Shown: positions 41,070 to 53,918, numbered from the stretch's first letter. The stretch is 64,000 nucleotides of DNA from Tubulanus polymorphus (GCF_964204645.1 NC_134033.1:12966655-13030654), one strand, 5' to 3'. The notes: generated by a model not told the origin, from the sequence alone. Numbers and translations are program-made.

Positions 41070-41755
41070 ACTCCATTTTTGACATATTTCATCCCCTCAC
41101 TGCCTCTTGGGACATGTCCATCCCTTAACTCTATCTTTGTGATGTTCATCCCCTCATTCTATCTTTGAAGTTCTTATCTGTTCACTCCTACACCCCTGTG
41201 TTGAGTGTTCATCTCACACCTTCTGTGAGACATGTTCATCCCCTCACTCCATCTACTTTTTCTGTGAGAACATCTCTCACACCTTCTGTGAGACATGTTC
41301 ATCTCTCACACCTTTGAGACGTTCATCCTGTCACTCCCTGTTTAAGACATGCTCATCCCTTTACTCCATCTTTGAGACACGTTCATCTCTCACACTTTTG
41401 AGGCGTTCATCCCTTTACTCCATCTTTGAGACACGTTCATCTCTCACACTTTTGAGGCGTTCATCCCCTTACTCCATCTTTGAAACATGTTCATCTCTCA
41501 CACCTTTGAGACGTTCATCCTGTCACTCCCTGTTTAAGACATGGTCATCCCCTTACTCCATCTTTGAAACATGTTCATCTCTCACACTTTTGAGGCGTTC
41601 ATTCCCTTACTCCATCTTTGAAACATGTTCATCTCTCACACTTTTGAGGCGTTCATTCCCTTACTCCATCTTTGAAACATGTTCATCTCTCACACTTTTG
41701 AGGCGTTCATTCCCTTACTCCATCTTTGAAACATGTTCATCTCTCACACCTTTTT
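41070..41755. repeat. Minisatellite, 54-bp higher-order unit built from ~27-bp subunits
   Basis: TTACTCCATCTTTGAAACATGTTCATCTCTCACACTTTTGAGGCGTTCATTCCC repeats; degenerate relatives at ~39720-39830. Confidence 0.9.
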
Positions 41756-44024
41756 CAGAATTTTCAAATTATCTTCAGCACTATAGGGTATTAATTAGCC
41801 AGCACTGAAAGGGTTAATCCCCCTCTCCGAGATCCGTTTATCAACGCGCAGCGTACCATTTGATACGTTTCGCATTAGACCTGAAGCTAAAATGCCTAAG
41901 TGATACGATCAGGTATAGATTGATTTATTGAGTTACGACAATAAGTTTATCATAATAGAAACACCTATGACGGATTATAGAGTCGTCCGTGACAATCACA
42001 CCTAAGCCCGAACCGGATAACGACGCGCTTCCATCGAGAGACGCCGAACGGATGTCGCTAGATGAAAGCTATGAACGGTCTCGTATTCTGATTATTAATT
42101 ACGATGTCACGCGCGCGCGCGTTGTCCGCGGAACCTGGTTTTATCAGCGACGTTCCTCACGACAGTTCATCGATAGTTCACTTTGATTTGCACCTTCTAT
42201 TCTTCAAACGTAGCAATCTTTCAGCTGTTGTGATTCATCATCGTCGTTAGCTATATATGTAATAGATCAGTAATTTACGCCCATGTACGCACCGAGTACG
42301 TCCGAACTCATTTTTCACCTGCCTTTCTGATCTTCTCCTTGTCTATAGCTTTAGTCGCTTGTAACGCAGGGGCGGATCCAGGAAAATTGGAAGGGGCCGG
42401 TCCAGAAAGAAGAAAAAGGGCATTACTCGGATAAAGTAGCCACGTCAAAGGCCACAAACGGGGCGCCACTCTGCAGTGTTAGGATATCTTTGAAGAAGAA
42501 CATTCTAAAAGATGCAAATTCCTGGGATGAGTGTCAAATTATCAGGAATTGCAACTTGTTCCAGTTGTCACTACGCCAGCGTTGTTGAGTATCGAGTGAG
42601 TGGTTTCCGTGTGAACGCTCTCTCTAATTAAGCACGGGCCAAATTTGACTCCGGGCCCGATCTGTGCCAATTTGGCCCGGGCCGCATCGTCTCTGCGTCA
42701 TCCCGGCTTTTATTTGCGACGCATTGCGAATTTGTACCTCTTCATGGACTGATATTATCTGTTATTACAAGCACCGACCGCTGCGTGTGTTGTGTGTTTG
42801 AAGTTATCATCAGGGTAGCAGGTGGGCCTACGCGGTTGCCAATAATGCACGTATATTTATCCAATCAGTCTTTTCATATCTTTCACCCCCCCCCAACCGT
42901 CGATCTCGATTGCGCTGCGTCTGTCGTGGAATGTGACGGCGAAAAAACACATCTTGTCGCGAGAAAATCAATGTTCATCAATATTTATATGGCAATATGA
43001 CAGAGTAACCGATGGATTCATCGTTAAGACAGCGCGGCCACTGACCTGGAAAACTCAGGGAATCAGGAAAATTGAGAAAAAAATCAGGGAAAACTCTTGC
43101 AATTTGGATGTTATTGACCATGCATTTCTTTATCAATTGGTGAAAATAAATAAAACGCAACATTTTAAATCTAGAAATTCTTCGCATTCAATCAGGGAAT
43201 CACTGTACGTGTTATGACACGGAAAAATCAGTAAAAACTCGGGGAATTTGTGAATGACGTAAAATGGTCACCATGTTTGAGTTAATTTCGTTAACGATAA
43301 CCCTATAAGAGACTTCTGATTTTTTGCAACCCCGCAGACTCCGGAAGGCGATGCATTAAGCAAAGCCGCGCGTGAGATACCGTATATCAATCTACTGTCT
43401 GGAAGCTCATACCTCAAATATTGACCTTCTGCTTGGTAAAGTCTGAACGATCGTTTTGAAATGTGTTCATATAAAACATCGGTGTTTGTAGTTGATTTTC
43501 GATTAAGAATGTCTTGGGTGAAGAGGTCATGAACGGGCGATAATGCCACAGGTAAAAATGTCTGAGTTAAAAATATACTATAGGTAAAAATAACCTCCGG
43601 CATTATTACCACATCATGAATGGTGAAGTGTGTTTGATGTCGTTGTGAAAGGGCGCTAAAAATGTCTTATGTCTGGTGTTTGTAGTTGATTTTCAATCAA
43701 AAGATCAGTTTTTGGAAGTGTGCTGATAAAATGTCTAATATCTGGTGTTTGTAGTTGATTTTCAATTAAAAATGTCTCAGGTGAAGTTCTCCTAAATTCA
43801 TGAAACGTCTGAATGATCATTAATTGGTAGAATCGCGATAAAGCATCGATCATCGGCGCGGTTCCTGTAGCAGATTGCGACGCCGATAGATACAACCACA
43901 TGAGACCGATTCATAATATCCATTATTCTATTCTATTTCCCAGGTCGACATCGCTGAAATGACGTGAAGAAATATCTGCTTAGGACGAGGTAAATCGCTT
44001 TCTTAGCGTCGAGATTGTTACGCG

Positions 44025-47000
44025 ATGGCGACTCGCGGCGCGATGCACGTCGTATTCCCGAGCGACGTCGAAGCGTGGCCCGGTATCCGCGACGCGTTGC
44101 TGCGCCTGAAGACGATCGACGACGACGACATCGACGAGTTCGTCAAAAGTCTCGAGATCATTCACAAACTCGTGCACGGGACGAGTTTTCCGCCGGAGCG
44201 CGAGAATATGATCCTGCGTAAATGCGTGTTTTACGGGGTGAAGCGGTTTTTCGACAAGGAAGCGTCCGCCGAAGAGCGTCGTCGGTTCTTCGAGGAAACG
44301 TTGCCGTTCGTCGTCGACGCCGCCGTCGATATCGAGAATCGTAAACCTCCAAACGGTCTTCAATACAGTCTTCAAAGTGAACGTACGTAAAACGCAAAGA
44401 TTCAGGCTTCTATTTCTTGAAAGATCTGAAACTTAAAACATTGGCGAAGAACTTTCGTCTAAATTTTCAATAAATACCAATAACAGCTCATAGAAAAAAA
44501 CAAATTTCAGATCTTAAGTGAAGATATTTATTTGACTCTGGATCCAGTTCTTCAGATGCGTGGGTTTAATTTCACTCTGAATCCAGTTGCACTGTGGTGT
44601 GGGTTTAATTTCACTCTAAACCCAGTTCCACAGTTGTGTGAGTTAAATGCGATTCTGGATTCACTTCCACAGTTGAAAGAGTTTCATTTGACTCTGTATT
44701 CAGTTCCCTCAGATGCGTGGGTAAAATGCGATTCTGGATTCAGCTCCACTTTTGTGTGGGTTTAATGTTACTCAAGCCCTAGACATCCCTATCCTATTCT
44801 ACTGTATGGTTCTTGCTGGTTATATATCGGTACAAAATGCTTATAACTCATTTAAACTGTTTAACTGTATTTTCAGCCGGTGACGTAGAATTGTCGAGAT
44901 CGTTCATTTTATCGGTAATCGCTTGTGCCTTTCTCTGCCTGTTTCCGAGGCGACCAAAAGAAATCGAGGCCAGCCTGAATGACATCAACTTCAATAACTT
45001 CTTTCATTATTTACCGAGGTATGATTTTGTCTATTGTTTAGACACCGCAGCATATCTTTTAGCTTTTACACGGTGCATCATTTATGAAGTATGAATTCAT
45101 TTACAGGGGGCGAGGAGTATGTAGAAAATTGGTCATTCTCCCTACATTCATTATGCTTGAAAATTACCGAAGTTTTGTGTACCGGTAGTTTCTAACAGCC
45201 CTTATTGCTGAGAGGTTTTAATTTCTCATGTTTATTTTCAGTACTCCTCAAAGCGGAAAATTGAGGTGCATTTTGCATTATTTCGAACGAGTTTCGAAGA
45301 TGGAAACGGAATTGAGCGGCAAAGTGACTTTCTCCAGACAGGTATGTACGTACTGGGTTGTAGGTAAAAATCCCCAAATCATCATACTAGGTAAAAATCC
45401 CTGAGTGGCGACTTTCTAGAACATTTCGAAACAGGTTATTTCTCCTATTCATTTGCAATAAAACTGCAATCTATACTAAGGCTAAACAAAAATGATACCT
45501 TGTTTCTCCGCAGCGGCCGGATCATTTTTGTAAAATATGATAAAATTTATAAACAGTTCATTTCTATAGCGGCCGGGTCTGTTATGGTGAATTGATCACG
45601 ATTTTAAAAAAAAGTAATGTATAGGGTAGATAGGCGGCCGGCCGGGTCAACATTTAAGCTCAGCAGAGCGGAGAAACAAGGTATCAATTTTTTTGGCCTA
45701 AACATGATATTATCGATACTGGGTTTGAATCCCACTATAACCGTTGTTGTGTAGCAGACAAAAAATGAGCCCGAGCGAATTCGGGCGGCTTGAGGAGTTA
45801 TAGGCAGGGCAGAAACGTGTGGCTTGAAAAGTAATAGGGTAACCCCTCGAATAAAAAGTTGATTACTTTTCCAGGTTCTTCCCGATAGCGAGAAGCTAAC
45901 GTTGAAGCTACTGTCGGACAGCGTTCGGCCGTTGTGTCCGTTATACGTCGATAAACACGGCAAAATCGAAGACTCGGGATCTCACACCGTTCAAGTAAGA
46001 GATCGGCGCGTTCATGAGAAAACAATAATAAATGCCCGCTCTGTACCTTAATTTGCAGGGAAAGAGGTTGAAAATCAGCAAAATTCCTTGTTTGTACTTA
46101 ATGAATGCCTCCTGCCTGATTCAAATAGTTTTCGTCACCACTTTCATGCGCTATATCTCGTATCGATTGTTATTTTGATAGGTAGATTTTGCCAATAGTT
46201 ATATCGGAGGTGGAGTACTTCACGTTGGCCGTGTTCAGGTAAGCTTTCTATTTCACGATGTCTTCATATCTGTTAGAGTAGAATCTGCCTTGCTCGATAG
46301 AGGTTTGGAAATATTTCGCTGAGTTGAGAATCTACGAATTTACTTCAGTACAAAATTTACCAAGTTGATAGCTGGTCCAAGTAAGGAAGAGTCTACTGTA
46401 GTGACAACTAATAATGATGCCCTTTCATTCATTGAGATTTCTAATTTTACCCACAAATAATATAATAATAATTTTTCTTGCGGTGATTGGCAAATTTAAA
46501 AGTTGACAAATTCAAATTTCTGAGCTACATCCATCTTGAAAATTTCTCATCAGAATCTTTGAATTTAGATGTCTGTCTTGTAAAATTCCGACCAAATTAT
46601 ACAGTACCCATTCATATGCTATGTCCAAATTAGTTGCACACCGTAATCTTCCGCTAAAACATCGGCCATTTTGATTACAATTTCAGGAAGAAATTCGATT
46701 CTGTTTGAGTCCAGAGTTGATCGCGTCGATGTTGTTCATGACGTGTATGGAAAAGAATGAAGCGATTGTTATTCGTGGTTTTGAACAGTTCTCTGAATAT
46801 TCCGGTTATTGCGATTGTTTACGATTCGCCGGTGATAAAATCGACGAAAACCAGGTAAAAATGAACTCATTTCACAGTCGTGTCTGGATATAGGGTTTAG
46901 TTTGGCTGCTAGTATTTGGTTGAACTGAACTTAGATTGTAGGTTTAATGCATCTCTGGATCATACAGTTCCACGTTGTGTGGGTTTGATTTGACTGTGGT

Positions 47001-50000
47001 TCCAGTTCCATAGATTTGTCGGTTCAATTTCACCCTGGACCCAGGACCATCACATTTTTGTGGGTCTGATTAAACTCAGGGGCCAGTTGCTCAAACGTTA
47101 GTTAAAGATAACCAAGTGGATAAATACCATAGCAACAATGTACTTTCAATTGTCACCATGTGAACTATCCACTGGTTAACTCTAACCAACTTTTGAGCAA
47201 CTGGACCCTGAAAGTTAAACATTTATGGTTTTAACTTTGCTTTTTACTAGTTCAACAAACCCAAAGCTCTGCACTACAAAACTGTGGCCAAAGTCGATGA
47301 AATTAAATGCTAGTGAGTGGTATCCAAGTTGAAATATTCATGTGTTCTCATTTTATTTTCCTATATTAGCGCGATGAAGAAGGGAACATTCACTCGTGTC
47401 TATGCGCGATCGACGCTATACCGTACATGTGGGGTAACAAGTACGCGCAGTACTCCGGGTCGAATGTGCTTCGCGAAATCAACAAGGCGTACGTCGGATT
47501 TTCTTCAACAGCCGCGGTGGCGACCCCCCGCGACGAGACTGACTGCTTGAGAAAAAGAAAACGTCTGCGCGATCGACTGTCCGAATCTTCCGAGGAATTT
47601 TATAGCGCTCCCGAAAGTTTAGATGATGAAGGTAATGGATGTAGAAAGACATACTTGACTTGAGTTCCACAGTTCTACAGTTTGTGATTAAATTTGGCTA
47701 ACTTATAGCGATCACGTCCCGAGAAATGACCCACAATTTGACGTTAAAACAGTTTAGGTTAGGGATGTGTAACTTAGGGGGTTGGAAAATTATGGAAAAT
47801 GTGTAAGAAAATGGGAAATCTGTAAGAACCCTGAAATAGTTCCAGCGTTTCTCTGTAAATGGCGGTACTTTCTCATAGAAAATGTCCTGACCTTGTGGCA
47901 TGAAAACTAAACTGTGAAGGTGTCTTATATGAATGAACGTGCTATTTTTTCAGGTGGGCCGGATACAGCCGAGTCAAGTCAAGGGAAGGTAAGGCCACCA
48001 ATCTTCTCATCTAACATACCATCATCGCCTGTACGTTTGCACTTTAACACTTCACCCGTGTTTCACACTTCTGAAGTCGTCCCATCGTCCGAAAAACAAC
48101 AACAACAACAACACCCGACTGCCGCAGCCTGCTCGGCGTATCCCAGCCTGCTCGATATCGAAACGATGCGTTTAGAAAATGCTCGGCGACGCGGTTCGAA
48201 CCTGAGCGATTGCGGCGCGTCGACGACGAGCGGCGGCGGCAGCTCGCGGCGGAGCAGCTCGCGTCCGAGTTGCGAGTTCTCCGACTTCGAATCGTGGGCG
48301 AGCAGCTTCCGCCGGCGCAGTTCGAATTTGAGCGATCTGTCGTCGTCGCGACGGAGCAGCAGCAGCACGCGTTACAGCTCGGATTTCAGCTCGGAGTTCG
48401 AGGAATATTACGAATCGTTTCAACGACAGGAACATCGAAAAATACAACACGAGTCGATCGTCGAGGAAAGCGCCGTTCCGTTCGTCGTCGATTACGCCGG
48501 GAATCTGGTCGCGAACGCGCCTGAGGAGAGTGCGTCTTCCGTCGAGGCCTCCGGGGGCAGCGGTATGGCGGTGTTCGATGCGAAGCAGCCTCAAATCGCG
48601 AATATCACGCGTCCGAAAGCCGTGCGAGTGACGTCGAGACACGTCGGGCAGGCGCCGTTTCTACCGCCATTAACCGACACGCAGAAATACTACGGGCGCG
48701 ATGACACGGACAGCAGCTCGGAAAACAGCCCGACCCACAGCTCCGCCGACAGACGTCGCAGACACCGGCTGCGAGTGGCTTCCGAAAGCGAACGATCGAC
48801 TTTAACCGGTGAAAGTCCGTATTTCTACACATCCATCGATTACCATCAGAGATTCATCCCGAGTTCCGAATTTATCCCGTCGCGTCGAAGCTCGTCGCGG
48901 TCCGAGCCGATGGACAGCGCCTTCAAACACGGGTCAACGATTTCGGACATCAATATAACGGACGACGGTCGATTTCACTCGGATGATCACGACTCGGATA
49001 TCGATTTAAACACGCCTCAGAACGTTCACGACGCGTTCGCGGATCAAATCGCGAAATCGATGATCACAGACGCCGTCGGGAATATCATGTCGTTTACGCG
49101 GCAGCAGCAGCAGCCGCAGCGCAGTTCATCCAGCGATTCGTCCAGTGAAGCTCTCTCGATCGCCAATCGCATCGTCAGTAAACTTTTCGACGATCTACAA
49201 GAGGAGTTCCGTCAGAGTATTCCCGACTCGATGAAACTCGAAGAGAAAGCCGTCGTCTGCGGGAGTAATTCGCAGCCGACGATCGCGCCGAAAATCGTCA
49301 TTTCGCAACACGTAACGCCGGCGGCGACGGCGAGTTTAGACACGTTCGTCGATGATTTCGTCGCGCAAGCGCTGTGCGAATCGGCCGCCGAACTCGGCAA
49401 CGCGGAGAACAGCTCATCGTCGGACGTGGCGACGCGATTGAACGTAAATCTGACGTCGCGTTATAGCAAAATGGTGAACGAAAGCGTTTCGTACGAAGAG
49501 ATCTATCGTTACGAAGGCGAACGAAGGTCATTCACTCGTAAAGACGAAGACGCGTACGAAAGCGTAAACATCGACCGGTATTTCGATCATCTGGTCGGGA
49601 AAGCTTTAGGCGACGTTTATAAGAGTTTGGGATATCGTAAAACGACCGGCGTTCAAGGTTACGCGGATAGTTCTTCCTCGACGGGCAGCAGTAGCGCGGC
49701 GAGCAGCAGCGGCGGCTCGCAGTGTTGTAAATATCTCGACGTGCACTGGATGTCGATGAGTCCGTCGACGAATTCGTCGTCGGCGAGTTTGACGTCGTAC
49801 GCGCGACGTAAAGCCGCGCGTAAACACCGCCGCGAGCGCATCAAATCGAACAGTTTCAGCAGCTACGGCGAATTCGAGAACGCCATGGACGACCAGAAGT
49901 CGATGCGACGTAACAGCGCCGGTACTTTCGTTGATCCGTTGCTGTCGCGGTTCGCCGAGGAGTTACAGCGCAGCGACCCGAATAGCCCGTCGTTAGAGTT

Positions 50001-52226
50001 GTACGGTGACGGCAGCGTCTGCTCGACATCGCGTCGCGGCAGTCGCGATTACGACAAGAGAGATGCCGGCGCCGTGCCCTTTGAGGTGGAATTATGCCGC
50101 ACTCCCGATTTAGATATCGATCCTGTGGCCTTATTTCCTCCGCTCGGCACCGATTCCGAGTTGGAACCGTCGCTGTTCTTAAGCGGGAACGCGAATGACG
50201 CCACGGAGAAGTCTCGTCATCGTCGGTGTCGACGTCATCGCCGCGCGACCTTGAAAGCGTTTTATAAATACGCGAAGCAATTGTCGAAAACGGTGATCAA
50301 AGACGCGATCAAAACGGTGACATCGCGCACGAAAACGACGAACCGGTTTACGGACGCGTTACGCGTGTTCGGCGGTGATTTAGTCGACGAAGCGTTTCAC
50401 GAGGCTTTAAACGATGTACGCGTGCGCGGCGGCCGGTATCGAAACGATGACGTGATCGCCACGCGTTTTACGAATATGGAGGAGTTCGCGAGGCGTCTTT
50501 GCGACGACGTTTTACATGATGCTTGTTTCGTAATAACCGGATCGTACTTTCCGACCAGTTCGCCGCCGTCTGCCGTGCGACTCATGCAGATCGACATCGC
50601 CGACGTAGAACGGTTGAAGGTCTGTATTTGATTATCGATTACCCCTAGTATTCGTTCTCGAATCCGTGTTTCTTGTTTTTGTCGTCGGTGTTTCACCAGT
50701 TTTTGTGAACTGATTTACGATTCTTGTCGACGTGTCTTCCAAATTCTTTCTGTACTCTTATGAAGTTATGTTGTCTCATCAGTTAACCCAGTCTTTTGAA
50801 GTGTGATATATATTCTGTTTTAATACTCAACAACATTATTCAGTAATGGTGGTGGTGGTGGTTCATATCAATCTACAGCTTTTAACAAATTGATGGTGTA
50901 CCGGCCAGTAGAACATGTACTTAGTCAAAGTTTCATATCATCAATCTTTTTAACTCAATGCCAATGCTCACTGCGAATTTAGGCTTCAAAATTCTAATTT
51001 GCCCTTTGAAGTGTCTGGAAGCCACTAATGTTCATGTTTGCAGCCCTCTGCCAAATCTGCCCTTTTCAAATTCAATGCCTATTCCAAGTTTTAGGTCAAC
51101 CTCTTTCAAAGAATCCTAGATCTCCCCTTGTCTAACGTAAACATTCTGCCTAATCTTGCTTGAATTTAATGAAAAAACAATTCTTCATAATGGCCAATCC
51201 GTATAGAAAATACGTCTTACACTTTAGAATTAAATACAGATTGTTGTTTAGGTTCATATTCTTTGGCGTGATTTATACTTGTCTTCGGTAGAAGCCCTAC
51301 AGCACACTAGCGCACCTGGTGGAACCTCAACTGCCGCAGTAGTTCTATAATTGTTTCATCTGCTGCTCTAATTATTGTTATGCTCATCTGATGAATATGT
51401 TTCTGTCGATAATATATTTCAGGCTTGGCCGATAGCTACCGGAAACTGGGGTTGTGGAGCATTTGGTGGAGATCCTCAACTGAAAGCTATCATTCAGTGG
51501 ATAGCTGCGTCATATGCCAGTTCGTCGGCCATGATTTATTACACTTTCCAAGATCCACGCGTTGAAAAGGTAGGAATAAAATTTCATCGGCTTCAAATGA
51601 TTCTGATTTAATCGAAATTGCAGATCTTCAAAAGAATAATTCAAATCAAGGTTACTATGAGTAACTAATAGTGCTGGTGTTTGCTTTGAAAGTTTTTAAT
51701 AACGTACCAGCACTATTACACTGGCAAGCAACGATACACCAGGCATCTGCCAGGTTTGCCAGTGCTTAAATATCTTCATTTCTGTTAGAATTCGAATCAA
51801 CTTACCCAATTCTACGTATGCACGCAGCTAAAACAAGGGTCTAGCAAATTTTGAAATTTCTGAGCATTTTCATAGAATTGCTGTTGACTGCTGTCTTAAT
51901 TAGTTGTGGGTGAAAAACGTGCCCTGAAAACTATTGCCATTGTATTTTCGAAAGGGAACGGGAAAATTGCGACGGGAGCGCGTGCTCCTATCTGGATCCT
52001 CCAGCTGGTGTGTGCCGCCGTGTACCTCATTGATAATCACAATACTTACTTCATTTTTCAGTTTCCGGACGTCGTTAATTTCGTGCGCGGGAACAAACTG
52101 ACGGTGAAATGGATTGTGGGTCGCGTGCAGGAATACTGTCGCGTCGCGTTAGACGAACACGAACAACGCGACGAGATCACGACGCAATTGTTCGATTTCT
52201 TGTTGAACTCGGACGACTCGCAGTAG
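44025..52226 (+). CDS. PARG: Poly(ADP-ribose) glycohydrolase family protein with giant internal insert, ~1394 aa
   Basis: Exons 44025-44382, 44877-45018, 45242-45341, 45875-45994, 46182-46238, 46687-46854, 47370-47631, 47954-50619, 51423-51569, 52062-52226 (phases consistent, 4185 nt). Motifs: IACAFLCLFP, KLRCILHYF, VDFANSYIGGGVLHVGRVQEEIRF (GGG-x-QEE signature), REINKAYVGF, ATGNWGCGAFGGD. Confidence 0.92.
44533..44765. repeat. 39-bp tandem repeat (~6 copies) in a PARG intron; relatives at ~46954-47075
   Basis: ACTCTGGATCCAGTTCCACAGTTGTGTGGGTTTAATTTC-like unit. Confidence 0.8.
45478..45700 (+). mobile_element. MITE family copy 2
   Basis: TIRs AGGCTAAACAAAAATGATACCTTGTTTCTCCG / CGGAGAAACAAGGTATCAATTTTTTTGGCCT. 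Confidence 0.8.
47080..47207. mobile_element. Harbinger-like palindromic MITE
   Basis: GGGCCAGTTGCTCAAA...TTTGAGCAACTGGACC, flanked by CAG/CTG. Confidence 0.8.
47954..50619 (+). CDS. 2.67-kb giant exon of the PARG-like gene (Ser/Arg-rich disordered region with AKAP-like helices)
   Basis: Open for 889 codons; TTTTTTCAG acceptor (phase 1) and AAG|GT donor (phase 0) match the flanking PARG exons exactly. Confidence 0.85.
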
Positions 52227-52776
52227 AGTACATCGTCGATAAATACAGTAAAACAATTGTCTTAGTGCCATTCGTTCGCGGTCAGATATTTTTTTAAGTC
52301 AGTCATATTTCAGACCCTCAGTGTTCGAAAAGATGTATCTTGAAACATTATGAAGTTGAAAGACATTACACTTACAACTATTTCAACATAATACATGTAT
52401 ATGATCGCTTTGAGGTCATATCTGAGCATCATAATTTTCAAGATTTTTCCGGGGGAAGGCCGACATACCTGCATTCAGTTCTTAAAAAAAAAACGAAACG
52501 CACCTCCATATTCCTCGTGCTACAGGCACGAAATTGTCCGACAGTGGCGATCTTTACTGTGCAGCTTTCATTCACGAACACACAGCAGGCCTTTCTACCA
52601 CTTCTATTCTACTGTACCTTACTACGATTCATGTCTTAATCCTTTCAGTGCATCTACACCGCAGTGCGGTGCATGAATCGGTGATGGATTTTGCCACTCA
52701 TGTCACTCCTGAAATCACATGTTGCCAATGATACGACTTGACACGACTTAAAACTTGAACATGACTTAAAATGCTT

Positions 52777-52886
52777 GGCCCAGTTTTATAGACTGGTATT
52801 ACCTTTAACCCGGGGGCTAACTCAATTCATTTTCGATTCGAGTTAACCCCCGGGTTAAAGGTAACACTGGTCTATAAAACCAGCCC
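52777..52886. mobile_element. Palindromic MITE in the presumptive PARG 3' UTR
   Basis: GTTTTATAGACTGGTATTACCTTTAACCCGGGGG / CCCCCGGGTTAAAGGTAACACTGGTCTATAAAAC. Confidence 0.8.
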
Positions 52887-53445
52887 CTTATGATTGGAAA
52901 AGGAAAGACTTTAAAAAGGCCAGTACAGTAGCTCGTTTTAGTTCTATAGCCGTAACCGATTGAGATTTTGCGTCGTCAGACAAATTTTTTACTCATCACC
53001 ATGCAACTGAGCTCATAGATTATCATCATGAAGAGGAAAACTGTTTATCTTTTTTTTTTAAATCACTTTTAATTAGAATAAATGCATCGATTAAGGAAAT
53101 ACAGTGTTACATGGTGATATAATGAATTCAGATGTAATGATTAATCAGATAAAATAACCCTAGAAATAAACTTGAACCATTTGATTGATTTCATACTGGA
53201 TACAGCCATTGGTTTTAATGAAAATATTTTCATGTCCCCCTGAAATTCGTTGTAACTAGGAGTTTCACTGTACTCGTCCATATGTTACTTAGTGTTAATA
53301 CAACATGACTCGTCTTAAATGTATCGCTAGAGTTTGTTTCATAAGAATATCTGTTACATATGTAATATCTGTGACTGGTGAAATTGTACTAAAACATTGA
53401 CACAATTCTTCACCGGGAGCAAAATATTTCTCCATTTGGCAGCAA

Positions 53446-53449
<4 letters not shown>

Positions 53450-53489
<40 letters not shown>
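53450..53489. repeat. (AAT)n microsatellite
   Basis: ~13 perfect units. Confidence 0.95.
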
Positions 53490-53918
53490 TTCTACCAAGA
53501 CAGACAATTTACTGACATGGTCAGAACAAATTAGGCAGTCTAGTGTCTATCAGCAGTGTGGCCACTTTCCACCCGGGGGGGGGGGGGTTCCAATTCCCTA
53601 AGTTTACGGGTCAGTGGCCACCCTGATTAGCCTGTATATCCCTATTACATGTTATAGTTTACTTGAATTCCAAATGTCTCCTGATTACCTATCATCGTAC
53701 ATTCAGCTACCATTGTACCTCAGTTTTGACCCAGCTTTGCATTTTATATACGTTTACATAGATATCTCATGGCTATATCTCTATGCAAAATCACCTTAAC
53801 CCAAGTCGAACTAATTCGGCTTAAAATATTCATTTTTCCCGCAATTAAGTTATCTTTGAATTTATAAAACTAGTTTCCAAGTTTGTAGTTGACGCCTCCT
53901 GTATAACTGATCAACGTA

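Noticed and set aside
41314-41808. 164-aa ORF
   Set aside because: It is a translation of the 54-bp minisatellite.
48063-49844. Overlapping antisense ORFs in the giant exon (also those over CYP exons and 43980-44397)
   Set aside because: These are shadow ORFs of GC-rich coding sequence.
47914-50631. Stand-alone 905-aa gene or transposon ORF
   Set aside because: It has a non-ATG start and no TE domains, and its splice sites and phases fit between PARG exons.
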